This document shows, one piece after another, positions 28,148 to 36,517 of a DNA stretch of 42,720 nt; the first letter of the stretch is position 1; each line of letters begins with the position of its first letter. The notes under the pieces were generated by a model. That model saw only the letters and a list, made by a program, of their open reading frames with translations, was not told the DNA's origin and made no database searches. The DNA is from Candidatus Zixiibacteriota bacterium. Its GTDB lineage: Bacteria > Zixibacteria > MSB-5A5 > GN15 > JAAZOE01. The stretch is taken from positions 1 to 42,720 of the forward strand of contig JBDREQ010000072.1 in assembly GCA_043819555.1 (NCBI GenBank). The letters run 5' to 3'. The position numbers were made by a program, and so were the translations under genes.

Positions 28148-29239
28148 TTAGTTGCAAATAGGATCCGGTCCGCCCTTAAACACCGTGTTGATTCCATAAA
28201 CAACATCACCGACATTCAAAAATGGATCGCCGTTGGTACCGCCACAATCGGTTACCGGAGGCGGTCCATATTTAAATATGTGATTGATCAAATAAACCGG
28301 GTCTCCAATATTAAAGAAAGTATCCCCGTTGGCATCACCGCAAAGACAATCGGCAAAATTGACCGTCACGTCGCCGTCATCATAAAAACAGGTCGACTCG
28401 TTGCGCACCGTCCACGGGATAGAGTCAATCGACGTCGAATCGGCAAAAATGGCTGAATCGGGATTGGTCGTATTGATCCAATCAAGACAATCGGACCCGT
28501 TCCAATCCTGACAAATCCAGTAGCGATAAAAAGTATCGCACACCAGAACTTCATCGATCCAGGTCGAGTCGCAAATAGTATAATTCGTAATTACTCCAAA
28601 CAAATCTCCATGCGGATCGGAAAACATCGTCTCGCTCAGGTTGTCAATTATCAAAAGCCCGACAACATTGTCGGAGCTGTCGATTACCTCGGATTTGGCC
28701 CGCATTCGCAATCGAAACAAAACTCCCGGGTTCGTTCGCGGGGCTACACCGGGAACGTAGGGCTGGCCGATAGCGTCGGCGATAGCCGTAACTTTGATAT
28801 CCGTGCGGTTTTCGGAAACCGATCTGGCGGTCACATATTCCCATCCCGAAATCAAACATCCCGCAGTATCAAGCGCCCCGGAATTGACAATTGTATCGAT
28901 GATTAGAGTATCCCTCCAATCAACGCACGTGCCCTGATCCCACTCGGCACAATACTGCGTTGTCGTTCGATAACTGGTATCAACCGCATCCGTCCTGAAA
29001 TCAACCAGGTCCGGATTATTCAAAACTATTTTGATCGTAAACGCGGCCAATGTCTCCTGGTAATTAGTGAACCAAACGCTGACCCACCCGGTTGTATCAC
29101 CGGCGGCGACAGTTGTGTCACTTAACGCCAGATAAATCTCAGGCATCTGCGCCTGGGATGATTCTGTTGAAAACACCATAACCGCCATTAGAACGGCTAC
29201 GGCGAGCAATAAAAAACGCGACTGGCAAGTGAAGGACAT
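28148..29239 (-). CDS. Secreted protein: cohesin-like domain with Cys/Trp insertions plus C-terminal dockerin
   Basis: AAGGAG RBS before ATG 29239 (ORF open from 29266); signal peptide ending SQA-Q; C-terminus CGDANGDTFFNIGDPVYLINHIFKYGPPP…NVGDVVYGINTVFKGGPDPIC. Confidence 0.8.
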   Translation of the reverse strand: MSFTCQSRFLLLAVAVLMAVMVFSTESSQAQMPEIYLALSDTTVAAGDTTGWVSVWFTNYQETLAAFTIKIVLNNPDLVDFRTDAVDTSYRTTTQYCAEWDQGTCVDWRDTLIIDTIVNSGALDTAGCLISGWEYVTARSVSENRTDIKVTAIADAIGQPYVPGVAPRTNPGVLFRLRMRAKSEVIDSSDNVVGLLIIDNLSETMFSDPHGDLFGVITNYTICDSTWIDEVLVCDTFYRYWICQDWNGSDCLDWINTTNPDSAIFADSTSIDSIPWTVRNESTCFYDDGDVTVNFADCLCGDANGDTFFNIGDPVYLINHIFKYGPPPVTDCGGTNGDPFLNVGDVVYGINTVFKGGPDPICN

Positions 29240-29534
29240 TCTCAACTCCTTCCGAACAGTTTTCATATGTTTACTGACAACTTCCGTTACCTATATCAGT
29301 CGCTCACCTCCGCGCTTGTTCATTTCCCCGCGACTATCATTCTGTTATAGTGCGGCTACGAACCAAGCCTTTGACTGGTAACTCGAATCAGGCTGTATCT
29401 TTGACAAACCCAACACTGAGGTATCATGAAATTTACTTTTTTAATTTCTCAGGCTCTTTATCAACTTTGGATAGGAGACTATCACCTGCTAATGTCTAAG
29501 ATCAACGTGTAGAAAATGTCGTATCATCGTGTCT

Positions 29535-29563
29535 AATATAAGCCACAGCTGGAAAGTTGTCAA
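29535..29563 (-). promoter_or_regulatory. Near-consensus sigma70 promoter heading the cohesin-dockerin cluster
   Basis: TTGACA-N17-TATATT on the minus strand. Confidence 0.7.
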
Positions 29564-29819
29564 CCTAATTCTTATCTTTTTTAAAGGGAAAAGCTTGCGC
29601 TGTTAACCCTATCCAGAATGTCTATTCCTCCAATATAGTGATTTCGCTTGACCGTATTGAGCAAACAATATGCCCGCTTTTATTTATCAACCAACCAAGC
29701 CTCAACGAGTATTGCCGGTCTTATAAAGGATATGGCCTTACGAAGCATTGACGGTTATTTTAAAGAAAATGAAGTAAACCGCGAATTAAATAAAACCCGC
29801 CCTTTAGGAAATAAGTTGC

Positions 29820-29845
29820 ACAACCTGCATAGGAATGCAGGCTGC
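29820..29845 (-). terminator. Stem-loop after the small lipoprotein gene
   Basis: Minus strand GCAGCCTGCAT-TCCT-ATGCAGGTTGT, with no strong U-tract. Confidence 0.45.
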
Positions 29846-29879
29846 ACATTTTAACTGCTCAATAATTGAACAATAAGTT

Positions 29880-30095
29880 TTAGTTATCGCCTTCAGTTGG
29901 CTCCGTCGGAGCCTCTTCGGTCATTGTTGTGTCAGCCGGAACTTCCTCGATCGTGGCATCAGGAGTGGTGGTTTCCATGGTTTCGGTTGTTGCCGGTTCA
30001 TCCTGCGTCATCGGTTCTTCCTTCTGGCTACACCCAAGATTCAGACATAAACTCATGACAAAAATAATAATTACAAAAACCCTTAAAAATCTCAT
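29880..30095 (-). CDS. Small lipoprotein with an acidic Glu/Thr/Pro-rich low-complexity body
   Basis: GGGAGA RBS before ATG 30095; hydrophobic stretch followed by lipobox-like NLGC. Confidence 0.7.
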   Translation of the reverse strand: MRFLRVFVIIIFVMSLCLNLGCSQKEEPMTQDEPATTETMETTTPDATIEEVPADTTMTEEAPTEPTEGDN

Positions 30096-30170
30096 AATAT
30101 CTCCCTTTTCATGATTCCATCCAAAGGTCTGACTGATATACAAAGGTATAAGGCTAATGTCAACCAAAAA

Positions 30171-31673
30171 TTAGCGAAAAATTCGCACCAGCAGATCCCT
30201 TATTTTGCTCCTTTCGTCTTTTTTCAAACCAAGTAAATACGCGGAACATAAAAATAATAGAAATACAGCGCCCCCCCATAAAATTATTCCGCCAAACTTC
30301 ATTGTCAATTCTCTGGTTAAATAAACTAAAATCACCGGAGCCAGCGACGACAGCATTGCTGGAACAACCGCTCGACTGATAAACTCTGAGAATTTCCCCT
30401 CGATTAGCCTAATCGTTGCGAATGGCAAATACCCTATTGAAATTATCGATAGAGGTATTGTAGTTCCCCAGGCCACGCCAACCAAACCGAGCCTTTTGAC
30501 CAAAATTATTGACAAAACAATGTTTACAATCCCGGAAATCATTGAAATAATTGCAAATTTACGATGCCTGCCGACCCCAATTAACAGTTCGCCCCCAACC
30601 GCCTGAGTAAATGACAAAATATGCCCTATTAATAGTATCTGCAAAATCGTTTTGGCGTATGAGAAATCCGGCCCGATCCAAATATCAATCAAATTTCCTC
30701 CCCAAAAAAACAGCATTGCTGATAATGGCAAAGATACCAACAAGTTAAGGCGACTGCCGTCATAAAATATCCGCCTCAGCGATGCCTTTTCGGTGTCAGG
30801 ATCATATCTCGAAGCTATTGGAGTGAATAATTTGGTTAAAGTAAAGATAAGTTGGCGCAAGTATTCTGTCAATTTGACAGCAATTCCAAAAACCGCGACT
30901 TCTTCGATTCCACGGAAGACACCCACTATGAAAGAATCGGAATAAAACGCAATTCTACCCGATAACACCAGTACAAACGAAAAGAACGAATAATTGCCGA
31001 TTTTCTTCAAAACCGGAAAATTGACGAGGCTTGGACCGATTGATAAATCAGGTAAGAGCTTATACAGCATACGCATACGCCAGAAATAACCAATCGCCGA
31101 ACCCAGCAGAGCCGAAATCCCAAGTCCCGGCAAGCCCATCCCGGCCTCAAGAAGCGCAATCGTTAAAACTGCCTGAAATACAGAAATTGTCAGCGAGACC
31201 AGATTAAACAGGTCAAACCGCCACAAACCTCCGGAAAGAGCGTCCGAAAAGATACCCATCGGGAAAGCGGCCGCGATTGAAATGCCGACCAGTAGAATTA
31301 CAATTTGAGATTGGCGGACCAATTCCGGGGGGATATCGAAAAACCCGGCGGCATTCCAAGCGATAAAAACCGTCGCGGCGATGACTATAATAGACAAAAG
31401 TCCGGCAGTGTAAAACGCTGTAGCGATTATTTCGTTTCGTTTGTTCGGTTCGCCCGTTTTTTGGTAACGGGCGACAAATTTGACGACGGCGTATCCGATT
31501 CCAAAATCAAAAATTCCAAGATAGCCTGAAAACGATCCGACCAGAATCCAGACGCCATACGATGCTTGCCCCAGCGTTCCGATTATATACGGCGTCAGGA
31601 AAAACGATATCAACGCCGAGGCTAAATAAACCGCCCAGTTGGACCCCAGATTTTTCGCGAATTGCCTTTTCAT
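30171..31673 (-). CDS. Wzx/MOP-family oligosaccharide flippase
   Basis: 500 aa with about 12-14 TM segments; motifs LTPYII…LGxxxYG…DFGI and LGLVGVAWGT. Confidence 0.88.
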   Translation of the reverse strand: MKRQFAKNLGSNWAVYLASALISFFLTPYIIGTLGQASYGVWILVGSFSGYLGIFDFGIGYAVVKFVARYQKTGEPNKRNEIIATAFYTAGLLSIIVIAATVFIAWNAAGFFDIPPELVRQSQIVILLVGISIAAAFPMGIFSDALSGGLWRFDLFNLVSLTISVFQAVLTIALLEAGMGLPGLGISALLGSAIGYFWRMRMLYKLLPDLSIGPSLVNFPVLKKIGNYSFFSFVLVLSGRIAFYSDSFIVGVFRGIEEVAVFGIAVKLTEYLRQLIFTLTKLFTPIASRYDPDTEKASLRRIFYDGSRLNLLVSLPLSAMLFFWGGNLIDIWIGPDFSYAKTILQILLIGHILSFTQAVGGELLIGVGRHRKFAIISMISGIVNIVLSIILVKRLGLVGVAWGTTIPLSIISIGYLPFATIRLIEGKFSEFISRAVVPAMLSSLAPVILVYLTRELTMKFGGIILWGGAVFLLFLCSAYLLGLKKDERSKIRDLLVRIFR

Positions 31674-31803
31674 GGATGGGGGTAATATACTGTATAAGAC
31701 AAAAAAATGGCATTAATTATTGTAATAGTGATTGACAAGTTCATCTTGTGCCCGTTTCTTGAACTATAAGTATTCTAACATCATTATATTTGGGGAATTA
31801 TCT

Positions 31804-34683
31804 ATGAATGAAGTAGTATACGAAGGTCTAGCGATTCATGAACAAAAGGTCGTTAAGGTCAAAGTCCTTGATGTAACCGAACCAGACCGTGATGGGAAAA
31901 GAATCAAAATAGAATTACTCAATCCTATTACAGGTGATACTCTTTTTTCAAGAATTTATAATGTTAGTGGATCTTACCTAGCGGAAAATAGAATGAGCGA
32001 TGAAGATTTATACAGACTTCTTATTCAATTTAGAAATTATGTTCCAGATAGGATCACAACGAACACAAAAAATGCGTTTAGATATCCGGTATGGTCAAGA
32101 AGACTTAAAATTCATGAGACCGGGAAATTAATAGAGGTTTATTTCTTGAATCGGCCGGGCGATACACTAAACGCTGGAATTATAAGAAACTCGTCAGTTA
32201 TAGAATTTTTTGAGATATTGGAAATATTTCAATATTTTTATGAATCCGGAGTACTCTCGCCAATTAATGATGAAGGGGATGAAGTCAAAGCCCAACAAGA
32301 TTGGCACAAAAAACTATCTGAGACTTTGGAGCGATTAAAACCAATTGTTAATGAAGATAAAAATGGCGCTACTATAATCCCAAAACCAGCGGAGGCGGAG
32401 GCGTCAACATCTGATCCTGAAGTTATAATTGGCGAAACACCCGTAGAATATAAACTCTTTGAGACTGTCGGTGTAACAATTGGGCAAGATGTAGTTAAAT
32501 TCATAAATTCACGCCAGACAAATATCAAAATTATATACAGTGGTAAAACGTCGATTATCTGGACCGATCAACCACCATATTCTGAAGGCAACATAGAAGT
32601 TTCTGATGAACGAATTAGTGACACAAAAGGCTTATCTATAATATTGGATAACACTCCAACTAGTCATCCCTGCCTGGTAAGAAATAAATTAGCCGTATTA
32701 AGCAATGGAGCGTTGCGTGGCACAATAGACGTTCAGGATTTACCATATTATACTTATTTTACGGCTTTGGCAATTCTTCAATATGAGAGTGAAATAAGAT
32801 TCAATGTTATAACCAGGGTTTGGCCTCGCACGGGGCCGCATGGCTTTAAAATCTATATTTCTGATGCGGCTCTACCACCAAATTATATTGATGCATTAGG
32901 ACCATGGATAGAAACTGATGAAAGATTGAAAGGCATAATCGAAGGGATTCGTGCAATTGCAAGAGCAGCAGCTTCAATCCATAATAGGGACAATTTAGAT
33001 GATGCTGACACAGAACCAGCAGAAAACCAAACCCAAGAAACAACAACGGTAACTTCGGATGCCTCAATATCTAAAACAATAGGCACAGCAGTACATTTCG
33101 GAGTAGGTGAAAAAGAAATACCAGAAGATGCACTTGGATATAAAGAATATGCTAACGCCATTGGCGATTTAATTATTCATGAAAAAACCGAGACACCATT
33201 AACTATTTGCATCGGTGCTCCCTGGGGTATGGGCAAGACAACATTAATGGATTTCATAAAGGAAAGGATTAAAGGTCACGAACATATACTGCCCATAAAT
33301 TTTAATGCGTGGAAGTATGCAAATTCTGAAGAAATTTGGGCGACTTTTTATTCCAAAATAATTGGCACAATTGAAGAGAGACTTGGGCGATTGAACAAGT
33401 TGTTATTTAACTGGAATGTACTTAAGCACTGTTTGCCTAAATCATGGCTAATTCGTATATTTCTATTATTAATTACGGTTGGCATAGTAATTTGGGGTTT
33501 ACGAAATCTATATTGCGCTGTTATAGATTTACCAGAAATTCAAATCAATAATTTCTCTACCCATGCACCAATAATCGGAACCATAATTACACTTGCCGTT
33601 TTGGCTTGGGCTTCATTTTTATCGATTTCAAAACTCATTTTAGGAAAATTCAAAAAAGCTCCTTATCCCATACCTCCCAATAAACAAAATGATGTACTAC
33701 TTTATTTTGAGAAAATATGCTCTTGGTTTGAGAAAAAAATTAATAAGCGGAAATCTAATAGGATTAAGAACAAAAAAAGTAATCTATTTATGAAGCCAAT
33801 CCATGAGCGCTTTATTGTATTTATCGACGATTTAGATAGGTGTCGACCTGAACAAATATTGAATATCCTAGAGGCAATAAAACTCTTTTTGGACACACAA
33901 AATTTCATATTTATACTTGCAATGGATGCTCGTGTAGTAAGACATGCTGTTGGCACACACTATAAATTTATGGCTGAGACTATACCAGAACAAGAAATAA
34001 TGAGATATGACTATCTTGAAAAAATAATTCAAATTCCTTTTTCTTTACCACAATTAAACCCCATAGAAATATTAAATCATAAAAACCAATTGCTGGCTGA
34101 TTTGGTGGAGCATCCCCAGGAAGAGAAGCATGATGAAAGACCCAAACCCAAAAAAGATAATGAACCAACGATTAAAGCAAACAGAAGCATGCCAATTGAG
34201 ATCCAAGGTGACCCCAATCAAGCTCTCTTCCCAATCAAACAGGATGATACCCTTGAAATGTCCCTATCAGAAGCCGAAGATAAAACAATTGAAGAAATTA
34301 TTAATAATGGAATTACTCCAACCCCAAGACAAATGGTTCGTTTCAAGAATGTATATTTATTGGCTCGACATCTCTACCTTGAGAAATTTGCATCACACGA
34401 AACCCCACCCTGCGAATTCACAATCTGGATATTGCTTCTAGTCGTTTATCCATTTGAAATAAGACGAATTAAAAGTCAATGTGATGTGCACGGATGGAAT
34501 ACAAGCTGGTCGGAGATCACGAAACAAATTTTAGAATTCTGTAAAAGGGATAAAAAGGACATTGATAGGGAATTGCAGGATTACAATAAATTGGAAATAA
34601 TTTTAAAGGATAAAATCCCCGAACCGATAGCTCTTGAGAAATTCCAACACATCACAGATTGTTTCAATCTCGTCCTAGATTGA
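31804..34683 (+). CDS. KAP-family P-loop NTPase with a long unrecognised N-terminal region
   Basis: DALG…YA; Walker A GAPWGMGKT; FNAWKY; two inserted TM helices; Walker B FIDDLDRC; YLEKIIQIPF; TPRQ. ORF open from 31732. Confidence 0.88.
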   Translation: MNEVVYEGLAIHEQKVVKVKVLDVTEPDRDGKRIKIELLNPITGDTLFSRIYNVSGSYLAENRMSDEDLYRLLIQFRNYVPDRITTNTKNAFRYPVWSRRLKIHETGKLIEVYFLNRPGDTLNAGIIRNSSVIEFFEILEIFQYFYESGVLSPINDEGDEVKAQQDWHKKLSETLERLKPIVNEDKNGATIIPKPAEAEASTSDPEVIIGETPVEYKLFETVGVTIGQDVVKFINSRQTNIKIIYSGKTSIIWTDQPPYSEGNIEVSDERISDTKGLSIILDNTPTSHPCLVRNKLAVLSNGALRGTIDVQDLPYYTYFTALAILQYESEIRFNVITRVWPRTGPHGFKIYISDAALPPNYIDALGPWIETDERLKGIIEGIRAIARAAASIHNRDNLDDADTEPAENQTQETTTVTSDASISKTIGTAVHFGVGEKEIPEDALGYKEYANAIGDLIIHEKTETPLTICIGAPWGMGKTTLMDFIKERIKGHEHILPINFNAWKYANSEEIWATFYSKIIGTIEERLGRLNKLLFNWNVLKHCLPKSWLIRIFLLLITVGIVIWGLRNLYCAVIDLPEIQINNFSTHAPIIGTIITLAVLAWASFLSISKLILGKFKKAPYPIPPNKQNDVLLYFEKICSWFEKKINKRKSNRIKNKKSNLFMKPIHERFIVFIDDLDRCRPEQILNILEAIKLFLDTQNFIFILAMDARVVRHAVGTHYKFMAETIPEQEIMRYDYLEKIIQIPFSLPQLNPIEILNHKNQLLADLVEHPQEEKHDERPKPKKDNEPTIKANRSMPIEIQGDPNQALFPIKQDDTLEMSLSEAEDKTIEEIINNGITPTPRQMVRFKNVYLLARHLYLEKFASHETPPCEFTIWILLLVVYPFEIRRIKSQCDVHGWNTSWSEITKQILEFCKRDKKDIDRELQDYNKLEIILKDKIPEPIALEKFQHITDCFNLVLD

Positions 34684-34722
34684 TTGTAGGCAATTCTCAA
34701 ATTTCTCAAGTCAATCCCCTCC

Positions 34723-34751
34723 TTGACTTAAACAGGCATTTACGATAATTT
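34723..34751 (+). promoter_or_regulatory. Possible sigma70 promoter for the SDR gene
   Basis: TTGACT-N17-TAATTT. The -35 box lies within the inverted repeat AAGTCAA-N8-TTGACTT. Confidence 0.4.
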
Positions 34752-34786
34752 ACCGGCTGATTATAAACTTTAAAAGGATACCACTC

Positions 34787-35557
34787 ATGTCAACTGTCAA
34801 AGATAAAATCGTTTTCATCACCGGGGCGTCGGCGGGAATTGGATATGCCACCGCCAAAATATTCGCCCGGGAAGGCGCTCGCCTCATCCTCTGCGCCCGC
34901 CGCGAAGAAAAGCTCAAGGACCATTCAATAGAACTGAAAGAAAAATACAATACCGACTGCCATTTTTTTGCCCTTGATGTGCGAAATCAAGTAGAAGTCG
35001 AGGATAAAATAAACTCACTTTCAAAACAGTGGCGCTATATTGATATTTTGGTCAACAATGCCGGACTGTCACGAGGTTTATCCAAATTGCATGAAGCCGA
35101 ACTGCTCGACTGGGAAGAAATGATCGACACCAATATCAAGGGGCTTTTGTACGTCAGCCGGGCAATTATTCCCGGAATGGTCGAACGCAATTCGGGACAT
35201 ATCATTAATATTGGTTCGATTGCCGGACACGAAGTTTATCCCGGTGGCAATGTTTACTGCGCCACCAAGCACGCCGTTGACGCTATCACCAAGGGGATGC
35301 AGATCGATCTAGTAGACACACCGATTCGAGTCAGCACCGTCGATCCCGGTCTGGTCGAGACAGAATTCTCGACTGTCCGGTTCAGGGGCGATGCTGAACG
35401 GGCCAAAAAAGTCTATCAGGGAATTCAGGTTTTATCGGGTGAGGATGTCGCTGAGGCGGTTTTGTTTTGTGTCACCCGACCGGCTCATGTCAATATTCAT
35501 CAACTTCGGATAATGGCGACGGCCCAGGCTTCAGCCACCATAGCCTACAGGAAGTAG
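34787..35557 (+). CDS. SDR-family NADP-dependent oxidoreductase (YdfG-like)
   Basis: Motifs TGASAGIG, NNAG and catalytic YCATK. Confidence 0.92.
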   Translation: MSTVKDKIVFITGASAGIGYATAKIFAREGARLILCARREEKLKDHSIELKEKYNTDCHFFALDVRNQVEVEDKINSLSKQWRYIDILVNNAGLSRGLSKLHEAELLDWEEMIDTNIKGLLYVSRAIIPGMVERNSGHIINIGSIAGHEVYPGGNVYCATKHAVDAITKGMQIDLVDTPIRVSTVDPGLVETEFSTVRFRGDAERAKKVYQGIQVLSGEDVAEAVLFCVTRPAHVNIHQLRIMATAQASATIAYRK

Positions 35558-35587
35558 ACATATCATGAGGAAGGGGGAATTTAAATT

Positions 35588-36400
35588 ATGAGTAAACGCA
35601 GATCATGGTTAGCCGGAATTTTATCTATTTTCGTTCCCGGACTTGGGCATTTATATGCCGGAAAACTTACCAGGGCTATTATCTGGTTTTTAACTTTTTT
35701 GATAATAATCAATTTAATTTTCCTCTTATTTATTAACGCAGATTGGGGTAAATATTCAGTGATTATCCCGATATGTATTTTTTTACTCACTTACTTGTGC
35801 GTAATAATAGATGCCATAATCTGTTCACAAAGATTTACAGTTGAATATCAACTTCAAGCTTTCAACCGGTGGTACATCTATATAATTGTCATCATTGTTT
35901 ATCTGTTTGCCAATGACTATTTATTACCGGCCGGTCGAAATTATGAATCTTTGAAGATGCCATCCACATCAATGGAAAACTCGCTTTTCATAGGCGATTA
36001 TTTTATTGTTGATACGACAGCATACAAAACAAATCCGCCGGAGCGGAATGAATTGGTTGATATTAAATATCCTATAGATCGCAAGACCAGATATATCAAA
36101 CGCTGTATAGGACTCCCCGGTGATACAATTGAGATAATCGATAAGCAAGTATTTGTAAACGGAATGGCCTTTAATGAAATGACTTCAATTAAAAATATTG
36201 ATGATCGCACAAATCCAAAGCGAGATAACTACGGACCTTACGAAGTACCTCCTAAAAATTATTTTGTTTTAGGCGACAATCGAGATAATTCAAGCGATTC
36301 AAGATATTGGGGAACTGTTCCAAGAGACCTAATAATCGGAACGCCGGTAAAAATATTTTGGAGTTCTGAACTTGGCCGTCTTGGTAAATTAATTAAGTGA
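35588..36400 (+). CDS. lepB: Signal peptidase I (S26) with N-terminal TM segments
   Basis: Motifs STSMENSL (Ser), YIKRCIGLPGD (Lys) and GDNRDNSSDSRYWG. Confidence 0.92.
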   Translation: MSKRRSWLAGILSIFVPGLGHLYAGKLTRAIIWFLTFLIIINLIFLLFINADWGKYSVIIPICIFLLTYLCVIIDAIICSQRFTVEYQLQAFNRWYIYIIVIIVYLFANDYLLPAGRNYESLKMPSTSMENSLFIGDYFIVDTTAYKTNPPERNELVDIKYPIDRKTRYIKRCIGLPGDTIEIIDKQVFVNGMAFNEMTSIKNIDDRTNPKRDNYGPYEVPPKNYFVLGDNRDNSSDSRYWGTVPRDLIIGTPVKIFWSSELGRLGKLIK

Positions 36401-36517
36401 TTTTTTTGATTTATCTTTCCATAAACCGATCAATTAATTTCTTATTTATTGATTTCCGTGCGATGAAGACATATTATTGAAGATTAAGTTCTCTCTTAAA
36501 ATTTCTCGGGGGTTACA

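Noticed and set aside
3392..29239. A true cellulosome or polysaccharide utilisation locus
   Set aside because: No catalytic GH/CBM modules are recognisable in the dockerin proteins, there is no susC/susD, and the only GH-fold protein lacks a signal peptide and dockerin.
24600..29530. c-di-GMP-I riboswitch in the cluster leaders
   Set aside because: I could not find the GCAAA…GNRA/receptor two-stem consensus by eye; an Infernal scan would be decisive.
29648..29854. 68-aa plus-strand ORF (also the 5609-5903 and 24784-24993 small ORFs)
   Set aside because: Intergenic and mostly AT-rich, with no RBS or motif support.
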